From Phyllobates terribilis (taxonomy: Eukaryota): a stretch of 64,000 nucleotides of DNA. Location of the stretch: the NCBI RefSeq assembly GCF_046119375.1, contig NW_027362762.1:391530001-391594000 (forward strand), given 5' to 3'. Made by a program: the position numbers and the translations under genes. This document shows, piece by piece, positions 25,201-37,616 of the stretch; positions within the stretch are counted from its first letter, which is position 1, and every line of letters starts with the position of its first letter. Under the pieces are notes generated by a model, which was not told the origin of the DNA, searched no databases, and saw only the letters and a list, made by a program, of their open reading frames with translations.

Positions 25201-26273
25201 TAATTTGAAAAAACGTATATGACATATTCCCTTTAAGAAAAATAATAAAAATATACCTATCTTTCATCGTAGCCCTCTGAAGATGTCTGGGTAGCATGGC
25301 ATTGATAGAAGCTGAGAGCGAGCTGAGCACAGCACTGGCACTCTGCTGTCTCCACTGCTGTAACTTCTAACTGTGAAAGAAGACATTATCAGAGGGCAGA
25401 GATAGAAGCAATAAGCATTGCCCCACAGCTTCCAGCACTGCCCTCAAACAAATCATCATCAGGGGGTGGTGCTTGTGTCACTCACACAGCTTCTATCACT
25501 GCCCCCTGATAACGATTTGTTTGCTGGTGGTGACAGAAGCTGTGGGGTGGCGCTGGTGTAACTAACTGTTCCTATCTTCTTTCCCTGTTAGAACCTGTGG
25601 CGGTGGAGCCAGAAGTAGAGTGCCGGCGCTGCGCTCACCTCTTCCGCAGCTTTTGACAGTGCCATGGAACCAGGACATCTTCAGAGGGGGGTGGTGATTA
25701 TAGAAACTGTAGAAAGTAACTGCAGCGCTGCCCCCTTATGACATCTTGTTCCAGAAGGGGTGATGGACGCTTCAGGAAAATTAATGTGGTCCCAGTCTCC
25801 TGTGACGTCCTGATTGAGACTCTTCTCAAACGAAACTTGACAGGAAGTGAAGTATAAAAACACAATTAGGGTATTTTATAATGATGCTAATTACAAACTT
25901 AATTAGGGTGTAAAAATAGATATTTTTAAGATATTTTAGGTACCGTACCAACCCTGTAAATAACGTGATGACTTCCATCTACAGGTCTGAGGCCAGAGGA
26001 TTCTTCAGAAGATGTGATATGTCCATCGCCTCGTTGCACCTCTCATCTCTTGTCATGTTATTGCATGTCCTGTGAGAAACAATAAATAAGGTTATAGTGC
26101 CTGGTGCATGCCACATCATTCTTCCCCATTTACTGTGTATTTATTTAATTTTTTAGATTTATTTTTTCCAATTTAACAAAATTCTAAATTTTTTGCAATT
26201 TCTTTCAGTTTGATTTCTTTTAAACCAGCTGGCTTTCTGAAAGGAGGAGGCTTTTTATGTTCTGTTACAGATG

Positions 26274-26310
26274 ACTTTCAGTTTCAGTTCTCCAATGCCT
26301 TATAAAAGCT
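26274..26310 (+). promoter_or_regulatory. Putative LYG core promoter: ISRE/IRF element, CCAAT and TATA box
   Basis: ACTTTCAGTTTCAGTTC 26274-26290 (TTTCNNTTTC), CCAAT 26292-26296, TATAAAA 26301-26307, followed about 100 nt later by a strong donor AAG|GTAAGC. Located in non-repetitive sequence between TXNDC9 and LYG. Confidence 0.55.
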
Positions 26311-26329
26311 GAATAGTGAAAGCGGACGC

Positions 26330-26403
26330 CGCACACATCATTTACCGAGAACGCAACTAGCTGCTCATTTTGGAAACTTTACTGGAGAAACTTTCTGTAA
26401 AAG
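26330..26403 (+). other. LYG: Putative LYG non-coding exon 1 (start approximate)
   Basis: Begins about 30 nt after the TATA box and ends at AAG|GTAAGC (26403/26404). The LYG ATG exon has an acceptor, so an upstream exon is needed. Confidence 0.5.
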
Positions 26404-27636
26404 GTAAGCAAACCAGACAAAAAGCACAATATTATCTACAAAATATATTGTAAACATAGATAACTATAGATGAATAGATCTGAAAGAAATACCTAGATAA
26501 GTGATCAGTGCATAAAGAGGCAGGAAAAAATGTGACAGACATAACCCAACCAGTCATATGTCACTGATGATAAGCCAGATCACTTTGGGGTGGATTTCAC
26601 CTCTATTGGGAGACTGTCAGCAAATCTGAGTCTGCAACAACACTGACAAAGCCATAGAAAGTAGTATATACATACTATTGTGTAAGGTTTAGTTAATCCC
26701 ATATATGGCACCAATGCAAGCAGTACCCAATGGGCTGTACACTAATGCTTCTTTTTTTCTGCTAATTTTCACATTATCAGTGTATACTAGAGCCACAGTT
26801 TCTTATTTTTCAGTTAATATAGCTGTGTCAGGGCTTGCTTTTTTTACCTGGATGAGTTTGTTTTTTTCAATGACACAATATTGGGGTACATTTAACATAT
26901 CACTGATTGAGGATCTTAAGACTCAGAAGACTCCACTAATCAAACAAAAATGTTACTGACTGCGGTGGAATCCCCAATAAAAATTAAACTTTTATTTGTA
27001 ATGATTAAAATGCCCAATATCCAACGTACCCAATTTGCAGTCTATCTGTTCTGCACCAGAACAGATAGATCCCATACACTTTCAATCAATCCCCATTAGA
27101 AGTATATTCTCTGGGACTTAATCAGATATCACTCTAAACAATTCATATAATAAACTGCTTAAGCACCTTCATTTATTAAAAATGCTCCTTATCTCTCAGC
27201 ATTTCTATATGATCACATTTGTATCTATTGTTGAGCTGTTAGTGAGACACTGTTTTCACCGACATCTCATCACTAGATCTTGCTACAGGTTTAGGAATGT
27301 CAGTTGTTTACACTCCCTCATATCCACTATTTAACCCTCATTTAACCGTCGACTCGTTTCACCCGTGTATTATCACAGGCACATCAGGAGGTTTTCTTAC
27401 TTTTGCCGTCCTCTAATCATCCCCTGGCTCCCCGGCATCTTGCCGCAGAAAAAAAATGGCGGGCGCAGAGCGCTTGCCAAGATCTGCCGGCCGGTGCCCG
27501 GTAATGACAGGGAATTTTCCCTATTGGTTAATTTTGATCACTGTGATAAACCCTATAAAAAAATAATAAATCATACCCCCTTTTGTCCCCACCTTAGGTA
27601 AATAAAAATTCTAAAATAAAAAATATATATTTTTTG

Positions 27637-28020
27637 TTAGGGTTAGGGTTAGCCCAAGGTTAGGGTTAGCCCAGGGTTAGGGTTAGCCCAGGGATAGGGT
27701 TAGCCCCGGGTTAAGGTTAGGATTAGGGCTAGTCCAGGGTTAGGGTTAGCCCAGGGTTAGGGTTAGCCCAGGGTTAGGGTTAGCCCAGGGTTAGGGTTAT
27801 GGTTAGCCCAGGGTTAGGGTTAGCCCAGGGTTAGGGTTAGCTCAGGGTTAGGGTTAGCCCAGGGTTAGGGTCAGCCCAGGGTTAGGGTAAGGGTTAGCCC
27901 AGGGTTAGGGTTAGCCTAGTGTTAGGGTTAGCCCAGGGTTAGGGTTATCCCAGGGTTAGGATTAGGCTTAGCCCAGGGTTAGGGTTGTGTTAGGGTTGCG
28001 GTTAGGATTAGGGCTAGGGT
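27637..28020. repeat. Telomere-like array of TTAGGG alternating with TTAGCCCAGGG (17-bp higher-order unit)
   Basis: About 380 bp of ...GGGTTAGGGTTAGCCCAGGGTTAGGGTTAGCCCA... Confidence 0.95.
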
Positions 28021-28090
28021 TTTGTTACGGTTGTGCTGGGTTTGGGATTTTTTCAAAAGAAAAGAAAAAAAATGATGACGATATGGCGAC

Positions 28091-28398
28091 TAGTGTTAAG
28101 CGCAAGTGCTCGCTACTTGAGTTTGCATCGGGTGCTCGGGTATGCACCGAGTATCACCGGTGCTCGAGTGACGTGCTCAACTCCTCCCCCCGCATGTTTC
28201 GTGGTTGTTACACAGCAAAAAAAACATGTGGGGATTGCCTACCATGCACGAGCAAACCTGTATGTTTTTTTGGGTGCCTAACCACCTTGAAACATGCAGG
28301 GCGGGGACTCAAGCATGTCACTCGAGCATCCGCGATACTTGGTGCATACCCGAGTACCCAATGCAAACTCAAATAGCGAGCAGTTGCGCTCAAGACTA
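28091..28398. mobile_element. hAT-type fold-back MITE nested in the piggyBac-like element
   Basis: TAGTGTTAAGCGC...GCGCTCAAGACTA termini, long inverted arms; 8-bp flanks ATGGCGAC/ATGACAAC match 6/8. Confidence 0.75.
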
Positions 28399-29809
28399 AT
28401 GACAACTTATTCAATATAATGACCTAATGTTATCAAATTCTGTGTCGTACCTCTGGGTTCAAAATGTTCACTATACCCCTTGATAAAATCCTTGAGGGGT
28501 GTAGTTTCCAAAATGGGGTCACTTGCGGGGGGTTTCCACTGTTTAGGTGCATCAGGGGCTCCCCAAACGCGACATGGCATCCACTAATTTTTCAAGCAAA
28601 TTTTACATTCAAAAAGTCAAATGGCACTCCTTCCCTTCCGAGCCCTGCCGTGCGCCCAAACAGTGGTTTTCTCCCACATATGGGGTATCGGCTTACTCAG
28701 GAGAAATTGCACAACAAATTTTATGGTGCAATTTCTCCTGTTACCTTTATGAAAAAGCAAAATTGGGGGCTGAAAAACATTTTTGTGGGAAAAATGTGAA
28801 AATTTTATTTTTACGGCTCAATGTTATAAACTTCTATGAAGCACCTGGGGGTTCAAGGTGCTCACCACACATCTAGATAAGTTCCCTGAGGGGTCTAGTT
28901 TCCAAGATGGTGTCACTTGTGGGGGGTTTCTACTGTTTAGTTACATCAGGGGCTTCCCAAACGCGACATGGCGTCCAGTAATTATTCAAGCAAATTTTAC
29001 ATTCAAAAAGTCAAATGGCGCTCCTTCCCTTCCAAACCCTGCCGTGTGCCCAAACATGTTTTTTTCCCACATATGGGGTGTCGGCATGCTCAGGAGAAAT
29101 TCCACGACAAATTTTGTGGCCCATTTTCTCTTGTTACCCTTGAGAAAATTAAAAATTTGGGGCCTGAAGTAAAATTTTTGTGAAAAAAAGTTAACTGTTC
29201 ATTTTTTCCTTCCACGTTGCTTCAGTTCCTGTAAAGCATGTGAAGAGTTAATAAACTTCTTGAATGTGGTTCTGAGCACCTTGAGGGGTGCAATTTTTAG
29301 AATGGTGTCACTTTTGGGTATATTCTGTCATGTAGAGCCCTCAAAGTCACTTCAAATGTGATGTGGTCCCAAAAAAATGGGTTTGTAAATTTTGTTGTAA
29401 AAATTAGAAATCGCTGGTCAACTTTTAACCGTTATAACTTCCTAACAAAAAAAAAATTTGGTTCCAAAATTGTGCTGATGTAAAGTAGACATGTGGGAAA
29501 TGTTATTTATTAACTATTTTGTGTCACTTATCACTCTGACTTAAGGACATAAAAATTCAAAGTTTGAAAATTGCAAAATGTAAAACATTTTCTTAAAATT
29601 TTCATTTTTTTCACAAATAAACGAAAAGTCATATCGAAGAAATTTTACCACTATCATGAAGTACAATATGTCACAAAAAAACATTCTCAGAATCAGGGGG
29701 ATCTGTTCAAGCGTTCTAGAGTTATTACCTCATAAGGTGACAGTGGTCAGAATTGTAAAATTTGGCTTGGTCATTAAGTACATAATTGGCTCTGACCTTA
29801 AGGGGTTAA

Positions 29810-32800
29810 GGGTATTTGCGCATATTCAGGATTTGAAGCAGAAATTTCTGCAGCATTTCTGCATCTCCTTGGCAGGAAAAACGTTGCGGAAAAAACGTGC
29901 AGTTTTGCCGCATTTTTGACGCTTTTTTATGTGTTTTTTTAAGCATTTTTGTACATCAATGAATGCTTTTTGGAGCTAAATAAAGTTATTTTGGTGGGAC
30001 ATTTCTTTAATCCTTGGATTACTGTCAGAATTGGGGTGAGTATATTGGTTAATTTAAATGATTAAAGAATGTTTCTGTTGTATTTCAAATAAAGTGTTTA
30101 CTCTGTGTCTGTGTGTTTATTTAACTCTTTACTTTTCTTTAATTAGGTTTGGTGATGAAAAGGTCTGATTGACACCTTGTCATCACCAAATAAAAGAGCT
30201 AGGTGTCAGCTAATCCCATTCACCCAACCTTCATTAGCATTTCCATTCATTCAATTTCTGGGGCAGCTGTGAGCTGTTATTTTTAGCCTAGGAAGGTGTT
30301 ATTAGGCAAACATGGTCCCTGGCTATTATTAACAGCTCACAGCTATTTCGTTAGCCCCTACATCCCCACGAATGGCAACAAGCAGCGCTTTGAACGCAGT
30401 GTATTTTTGCTGTGTCCAAAACGCTGTGTTCTATTGCCGCACTTTTGTAGTCGGTACATGTGAATCCACCACATATAATAACACTTCAATAGGTCAAAAT
30501 CTGCAGCGGAGACTGATGTGTCTGCTACAGAAATTGCCATGCTGCGGATGAGTTTGGGTATGAGGCCACGATAAGGAGCCACTGTAAGTTTGACACTGCG
30601 TGTTTATACAGCGTCAAATCCACAGCATCCAGATGTTACAGCATAGTGGATGGGATTTGTAGAAATCCCATCTCCACTATGCATGCATCAGAGGCTGCGA
30701 ATCACCCGTGGACACTGACGTGCAGCGCGTCTTTCAGGACCGCAGTATGTCAAATTCTCTTGCGGAGTCGCTAGTCTCCGCAACAGAAATTTGACCACTA
30801 GAAAGTATTGAATGCGATAAATCTGCATGGTTCAGTGAACACATGCGGATTTAACTCCGTTCAATAGAATGCAACGTTTTGGACTCAGCAAAAATATGCG
30901 TCCAAAGCGCTGCTACTTCCGGATCATGGGTACAGAGCCTAAAATTAAATAAAAAAATGGTGTGGGCTCCCTCTTCATTTTTATAACCAGAAGAGGGAAA
31001 GCTGATTGCTTGGGGCTGATATTAATAGCCGGGGAAGGGGCCATTAGCCAACAATGTTCCCTGACTATTAATATCAGCCCACAGCTGTTTGTTTAGCCTT
31101 TACTGGCTAGATTTCAGGGGACCCCAGAAAAAAATTTACGTAGGGTCCTTCTATAAAATCTAACCAGAAAAGGCTAAACAGACAGCTGCAGGCTGATTTT
31201 AATAGCCAGAGAAGGGGCCATGAATACTAGCCCCCTCCACGGCTAATAAGATCACTCCTCTGCAGTCCCAGAAATGGCGTATCCATAAGATGCACCAAAT
31301 CTGGCGCTTAGCCTCCGCTCTTCCCACTGCCCTGTAATGGTGGCGAGTGGGGTAATGCGGTTGGGGTTCATGTCAGCCTTGTATTGGCGCCTGACGTGAA
31401 GCCCAGGTTAGTAATGGAGGGCATCTATAAGATAGCCCCATTACTAACCGCGTAGTAAAGTTGTCGCCGTTTTTTCAATAAATACACTGCCAGAATAAAG
31501 TATTTTAATTAAATAAAATGACACATGGTTTTAAATTTTGTTTTATTGTACGGTCAGTCCCCGAAGCCAACGTCTCCTGAAAAGAAAGTAAGATAAAAAA
31601 CAACCATATCCCTCACCTGTTCGCCGTCACAACGTAGTCCACGATTACCGCCAACGATTGTCCCTCGGCGATCCGGGTCACTTCTACAGCAGTGACATTA
31701 GCAATCATTGTGCTGTAGAAGACAGCAATGTACACTGACATGGGTGTAAAATCACTCCTGTCAGTGTACATGCTGCTGCAGGAGTGAGGTCACTGGGGTT
31801 CATCAGCTGAAGATCAGCTGATCAGCCTCGGTGACCTCGGCACCATTACTGGTGGGAACATTCTTGAGAATGTTCCCATGCAGCACCGGTGACGTAAAGT
31901 GAGGTCACGTGGGCTCTCAGCTGATCTTCAGCTGAGAACTCACGTGACCGCAGGTCCTGACAGCGCAGTACACTGCTGGGAGCGAGCGCGCTCCCGGCAG
32001 TGTACCGCGGGCCACCGGGCTGAAGACATCATCGTGGGACATCGGGGAGTCCAGGGGCCGCTGGACAGGTGAGAATAATGCTTTTTTTTTTGTTTTACAC
32101 CGCGTACACGCCGGCTCGGCTGAGGAGACTACTATTCCTCTCAGCCGCGCCGCTCCCGCTGAACAGCGAGAGCGGCAGTCAGATGAGGGGAGTAGTAGTC
32201 CTCCTCTGCCGACCCGAGTACTACTCGCAGCGTTTTCCCGCCTGTTGACTTTAATTGAAATGCAGCAAATCCGTAGGCATAAATATTATACCTGCGGATT
32301 TGCTGCGGTTCAATTAAAGGGAATCTGCCACCCCTCTGAGACCTATCAGGCCGCTAATATGTGCATACAGGTCATAGAAATGTGAATCTATACTTACCTG
32401 TATGGCCCATATTAGCGGTCTGATTGCTGTGTAATACCTTTTTATTAAATTATTTCTGCCAAGCTTCGCCTCCAGGGGATGCCAAGAAATGCTCGCCTAC
32501 TAGCTTCATTTGCATACTCACCCCACCTCCCCTGCACTGCAGTTCCCGGCCGGATCCCGCGCCTGCGCAGTTTCCCCTGTACGGATGGCTCTCTTCTTTC
32601 TGCCGTCTGTGTAGTGTTGTGCAGCAGGAAACTTGTGCGCAGGCGCTGGGAAGGCAGCCACCGGCGCCTGTGCACAAGTTCCCTGCTCCACAAGGCTATA
32701 CAGACGGCAGGGAGAAGAGCGCCGTCCATACAGGGGAAGCTGCGCAAGAGCGGGATCCGGCCGGGAACTGCACGTGACAGGGCCCTGTGAAGTGCAGGGG

Positions 32801-33208
32801 AGGTGGGGTGAGTATGTAAACGAAGCAAGTAGGAGGGCATTTCTTGGCGTTCCCCGGACGCGAAGCTTAGCAGAAATAATTTAATAAAAAGCTATTACAC
32901 AGCAATCAGACCGCTAATATGGGACATACAGGTAACTATAGATTCACATTTCTATCACCTGTATGCCCATATTAGCAGTCTGATAGGTCCCAGGGGGTGA
33001 CAGATTCCCTTTAAAGTCAATGGGCGGTAAGCGCTGCGGAAACGCTGCATATCAAGGTCATGCTACGTTTTTTTCCGCAATGGCAATCCTGAGCGAAAAT
33101 CTCTGCATCATGTGCACAGCACGTCAGGATTGCCTTTGCCATAGCTGGCAGACCAATTAGCAAGCGTTTTCGAGGCGAAAAAGCATTAAAAACGTTACGT
33201 GTGCACTT
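29810..33208. mobile_element. Large palindrome-rich non-autonomous DNA element (ends approximate)
   Basis: Degenerate GG..GCACA-type termini; 30100-30360 mirrored by about 31000-31560; many internal hairpins in 31650-32300. Confidence 0.5.
32318..33010. mobile_element. T2/Kolobok-type fold-back MITE with TTAA TSD
   Basis: TTAA|AGGGAATCTGCCACCCC...GGGGGTGACAGATTCCCT|TTAA; arms of about 200 bp or more are nearly complementary. Confidence 0.9.
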
Positions 33209-33711
33209 AACCTAACCTAACCTTAACTGTCAATATAACCTATTGGTACTCATAATATGATTGCAATTATATTTCTGTATGTGATATAAACATCAGACAA
33301 ACACTAATAAAAACCAGAGGCCAGCAGATCATGTGAAAATATAATTTTGCTGTCATTCTCAAAACTTTTGGCCATGACTGTATATACACATCTGATTCCA
33401 GTGCAAGGAATATATACTGCGGCACAGTCACTGCCAAACTCCACAATAACTAGCTGCTACCATCAATCATTTATACAGGCCGATTGGACATAAAAAAAAT
33501 ACAAAAGATGTTACAAAAATTTACAAAACAATACAGTGTATACAATTACATCATTAAATAAAAAGGAACAACAAAAGTAAAGTACTAAACCTGTGTCATG
33601 GATAGCACTACTTTCAGGAAAATGGTACAGAACTGCAAGGAACTGTGTCTTCCACTGACAATGATTATAATTCAAAATCAGTATTTATCAGATAAAAGTC
33701 ATGCCCACATA

Positions 33712-35347
<1,636 letters not shown>

Positions 35348-36025
35348 TACCTCTCCTGTGTGACCTCAGATTGGGGATGGTCACAGGATTCGGCTAGGGT
35401 TCCAAAAAGTTATGGAATCCCTGATTTTCAGTATATCTTCCCACCTGGAGGTGCCAGGCGCGAGATATTTTTGCCATATTTCCTAACATGATTTTAGCTT
35501 TCCATAGATTGGAAATATGGCATTTATATCGTTATCCTTCTGTCCAATGTTAATTTGGAGCTGATGTGCAGTGATGTAAGTAAATGTGTTACGCTCGCCA
35601 CTTCGTCACAACGCCGAAAATATGTCTCCCATAACAAGAGGACCTACGCTGTTCATAATTCAGCACACTTGGAATTTTTTCCACATTTTCCAATACATTG
35701 GTATGGTAAGATGAATGTTGTCATTCAAAACTACAACGTTTCTCACAATAAGACAAGCCCTCATATGACTGTCGGTGGAAAAATAAAAAGTTATGGCTCT
35801 TGAAAGAGGGGGAGAAAAACATGAACATGCAAAAAAACAGAATTGGCCATTCAAGTAGGGGTTAACGTTTTTTAAAATATGACTAAAGATATTAGCCAAG
35901 CTCTAGATCTACTTTTGTCTGAATAGTCCAGACTGTAAATGTTTTAGAAAATTTGCCTGTTTATTATGGTCACATCATACTAAAATAATGTTTGTTCTTC
36001 TTTTAGGTCCACAGCTAAAATAACA

Positions 36026-36032
36026 ATGGCGT
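36026..36032 (+). CDS. LYG: g-type lysozyme start micro-exon (exon 36007-36032; coding ATG GCG T)
   Basis: ttttag|gtccacagctaaaataacaATGGCGT|gtaagt. Strong Kozak context (A-3, G+4) and consensus donor. Phase 1 joins the next exon's CT to give Ser (MASKYGN...). Confidence 0.75.
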
Positions 36033-36756
36033 GTAAGTATCTATAGCAAAATATGTCATTTGTGATGTGAAGGGAGAGCTCCTATAAGAGTTGCAGCCAT
36101 AGTATTAATTACCATGCCAATAATAATGCTAGTTTCAGGTGTTTTATACAAGATGTTATCAACAGATCCTCCATATCAATGCCAGTTACTGCCCTACCGG
36201 CAGATATGTGAAGCAGCCAGGAGTCACTTCCATGAAGCCTCTTTCATGAGCTCAGTTATCAGCACAGGAAATAGGACAGTATGCAATCATTTCCATGCAG
36301 CTTCTATCATCCCTCCTAATATAAGTCATCATCAGGGAGTTGCTTGCAACAGCTTCTGTCACCGCTGTCCCCTGATAATGTCCGAAATCAATTGCTTTGA
36401 TGGAGGCAGTGAGAAGTGACCACAGCTTCTGTTACTGCCACCACACAAATTCTGTAACACAGCTTTTTTCACTGAAACGAGTCGTCATCAGGGTGAGGTG
36501 ACAGAAGGAGGGCGAGTGACACATGTCTACAGCCCATTGTTCTATATGAAGGCATCAGCTGCTTTCACTGTAAACTGTATTTTTACTGTAATTATCATCA
36601 TTTTAATCTGTATAAGTTTCTTCAGTTCCAAAAAAATCAGACAACTTTAATTTTTTTGTGGAGAGGGCAACAAATGCTCTATTTTTACAGACTACAGTAG
36701 ATATTAGGCTTAAGATAGCTCGATTTTATTAGATAACAGCAATCCAGAAATTTGAA

Positions 36757-36789
36757 GATGTTGCAGTCTATACAGATGACCTTCATCAG
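36757..36789 (-). ncRNA. Degenerate hammerhead-ribozyme-like motif (minus copy)
   Basis: CUGAUGA-A-GGUC[AUCUGUAUA]GACU-GCAA-C-AUC; GAAA box mutated; distal stem I GCAAUCCA/UGGAUUGC is present. Confidence 0.4.
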
Positions 36790-36880
36790 TTTATGGATTG
36801 CCAAGGAGAATGTTTGATTCAGGATAATTGTGCTAAGTTTAGCATGTGGTATCCACCACAGTGTGAAGTGAAAAGGCACC

Positions 36881-36913
36881 CTGATGAAGGTCTACTGTAT
36901 AGACTGAAATGTC
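36881..36913 (+). ncRNA. Degenerate hammerhead-ribozyme-like motif (plus copy)
   Basis: CUGAUGA-A-GGUCUA[CUGUA]UAGACU-GAAA-U-GUC: both conserved core boxes, 6-bp stem II and a GUC triplet; stem I is poor. Confidence 0.5.
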
Positions 36914-37535
36914 TTCAAATTTCTGGATTGCTGTTATTTAATAAAATCTAACTTATTCATGATATCTCAGTGCCAAGTCTAATATCTACTGTGTTATGGG
37001 ACAGGATCCTACTTGAGCACCTACTGACCAAATGTGCCATGCTCTTCCTTATCATTGACTATTTTTACGAACTGTCCTGGAATTTCTAGACGGTTGGCAA
37101 CCCTGGTGACAAGTGTGGTGGCGGTTCTAGAAGCTGCATTAACTTCTCTCTGCCTCCATCCCCGCAATTGATTCAGACGTCATCAGGCGGCGGCGGTGAA
37201 AGAAGCTGTTGTAAGTAACAGCAGCCGTGGCCCCAGGATGTTCTGTTCTGAGTGGGGTGATAGAAGCTGTGGAGAATTGACTGCAGGGCCATCCTCTGAT
37301 GAAGTCCCATTGGAGACTTTCCTCAAACCAAACGTAACTTGAAGTAAAGTAAAAGGCTGTATATGGAGAATGGTACGAAATGTTGTAACAAAGCTAATTA
37401 CAAAAGTGGTTCAATATTTATATAGTGCATTTTATGTATCAGACTACCCCTTTAATCATAAAAAGAGGGATGTAGCTATCACAATTCGATAAATGACTCC
37501 AAGAATTTTAATGTTTGTTTCTGATTTCTTCACAG

Positions 37536-37616
37536 CTAAATATGGTAATCTTGACAAAATTTCTACCACTGGTGCCTCGGTTACAACTGGCAGACAAGAT
37601 GGAGAAAACATTGCTG
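37536..37616 (+). CDS. LYG: g-type lysozyme coding exon 2
   Basis: cttcacag|CT AAA TAT GGT... KYGNLDKISTTGASVTTGRQDGENIA(G), donor G|gtaag, 81 nt. Contains the YGN..TTGAS motif of lysozyme g. Confidence 0.9.

Larger units (their letters stand above)
27335..29805. mobile_element. piggyBac-like (TTAA|CCC...GGGG|TTAA) non-autonomous element with about 390-bp internal repeats; left end less certain
   Basis: Right end GACCTTAAGGGG|TTAA; candidate left end TTAA|CCCTCA; internal units repeat at about 393 bp (28502 vs 28895); related copies at 44.8-48.0 kb and 54.1-56.7 kb. Confidence 0.65.
36694..36992. repeat. 299-bp fold-back with about 95-bp arms in LYG intron 2
   Basis: 36694-36789 is the reverse complement of 36881-36992 (the right arm has a short extra segment); 91-nt spacer. 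Confidence 0.9.

Noticed and set aside
27240-27275. Third hammerhead-like trace on the minus strand (TAGTGA-TGA...GAAAACAGTGTC-TCACTA)
   Set aside because: A 6-bp stem I and ACA/TGT stem III exist, but the CUGA box is missing and stem II does not pair; too degenerate to call.
27637-28020. True telomere or chromosome-fusion scar
   Set aside because: Single orientation, variant 17-bp unit, embedded in transposon-like sequence within an intron.
32424-32884. Five overlapping ORFs on both strands
   Set aside because: GC-rich palindromic MITE interior; no protein motif.
37292-37330. CTGATGA followed by an AGTC/GACT stem
   Set aside because: No GAAA box after the stem; part of a MITE family also seen at about 25790.
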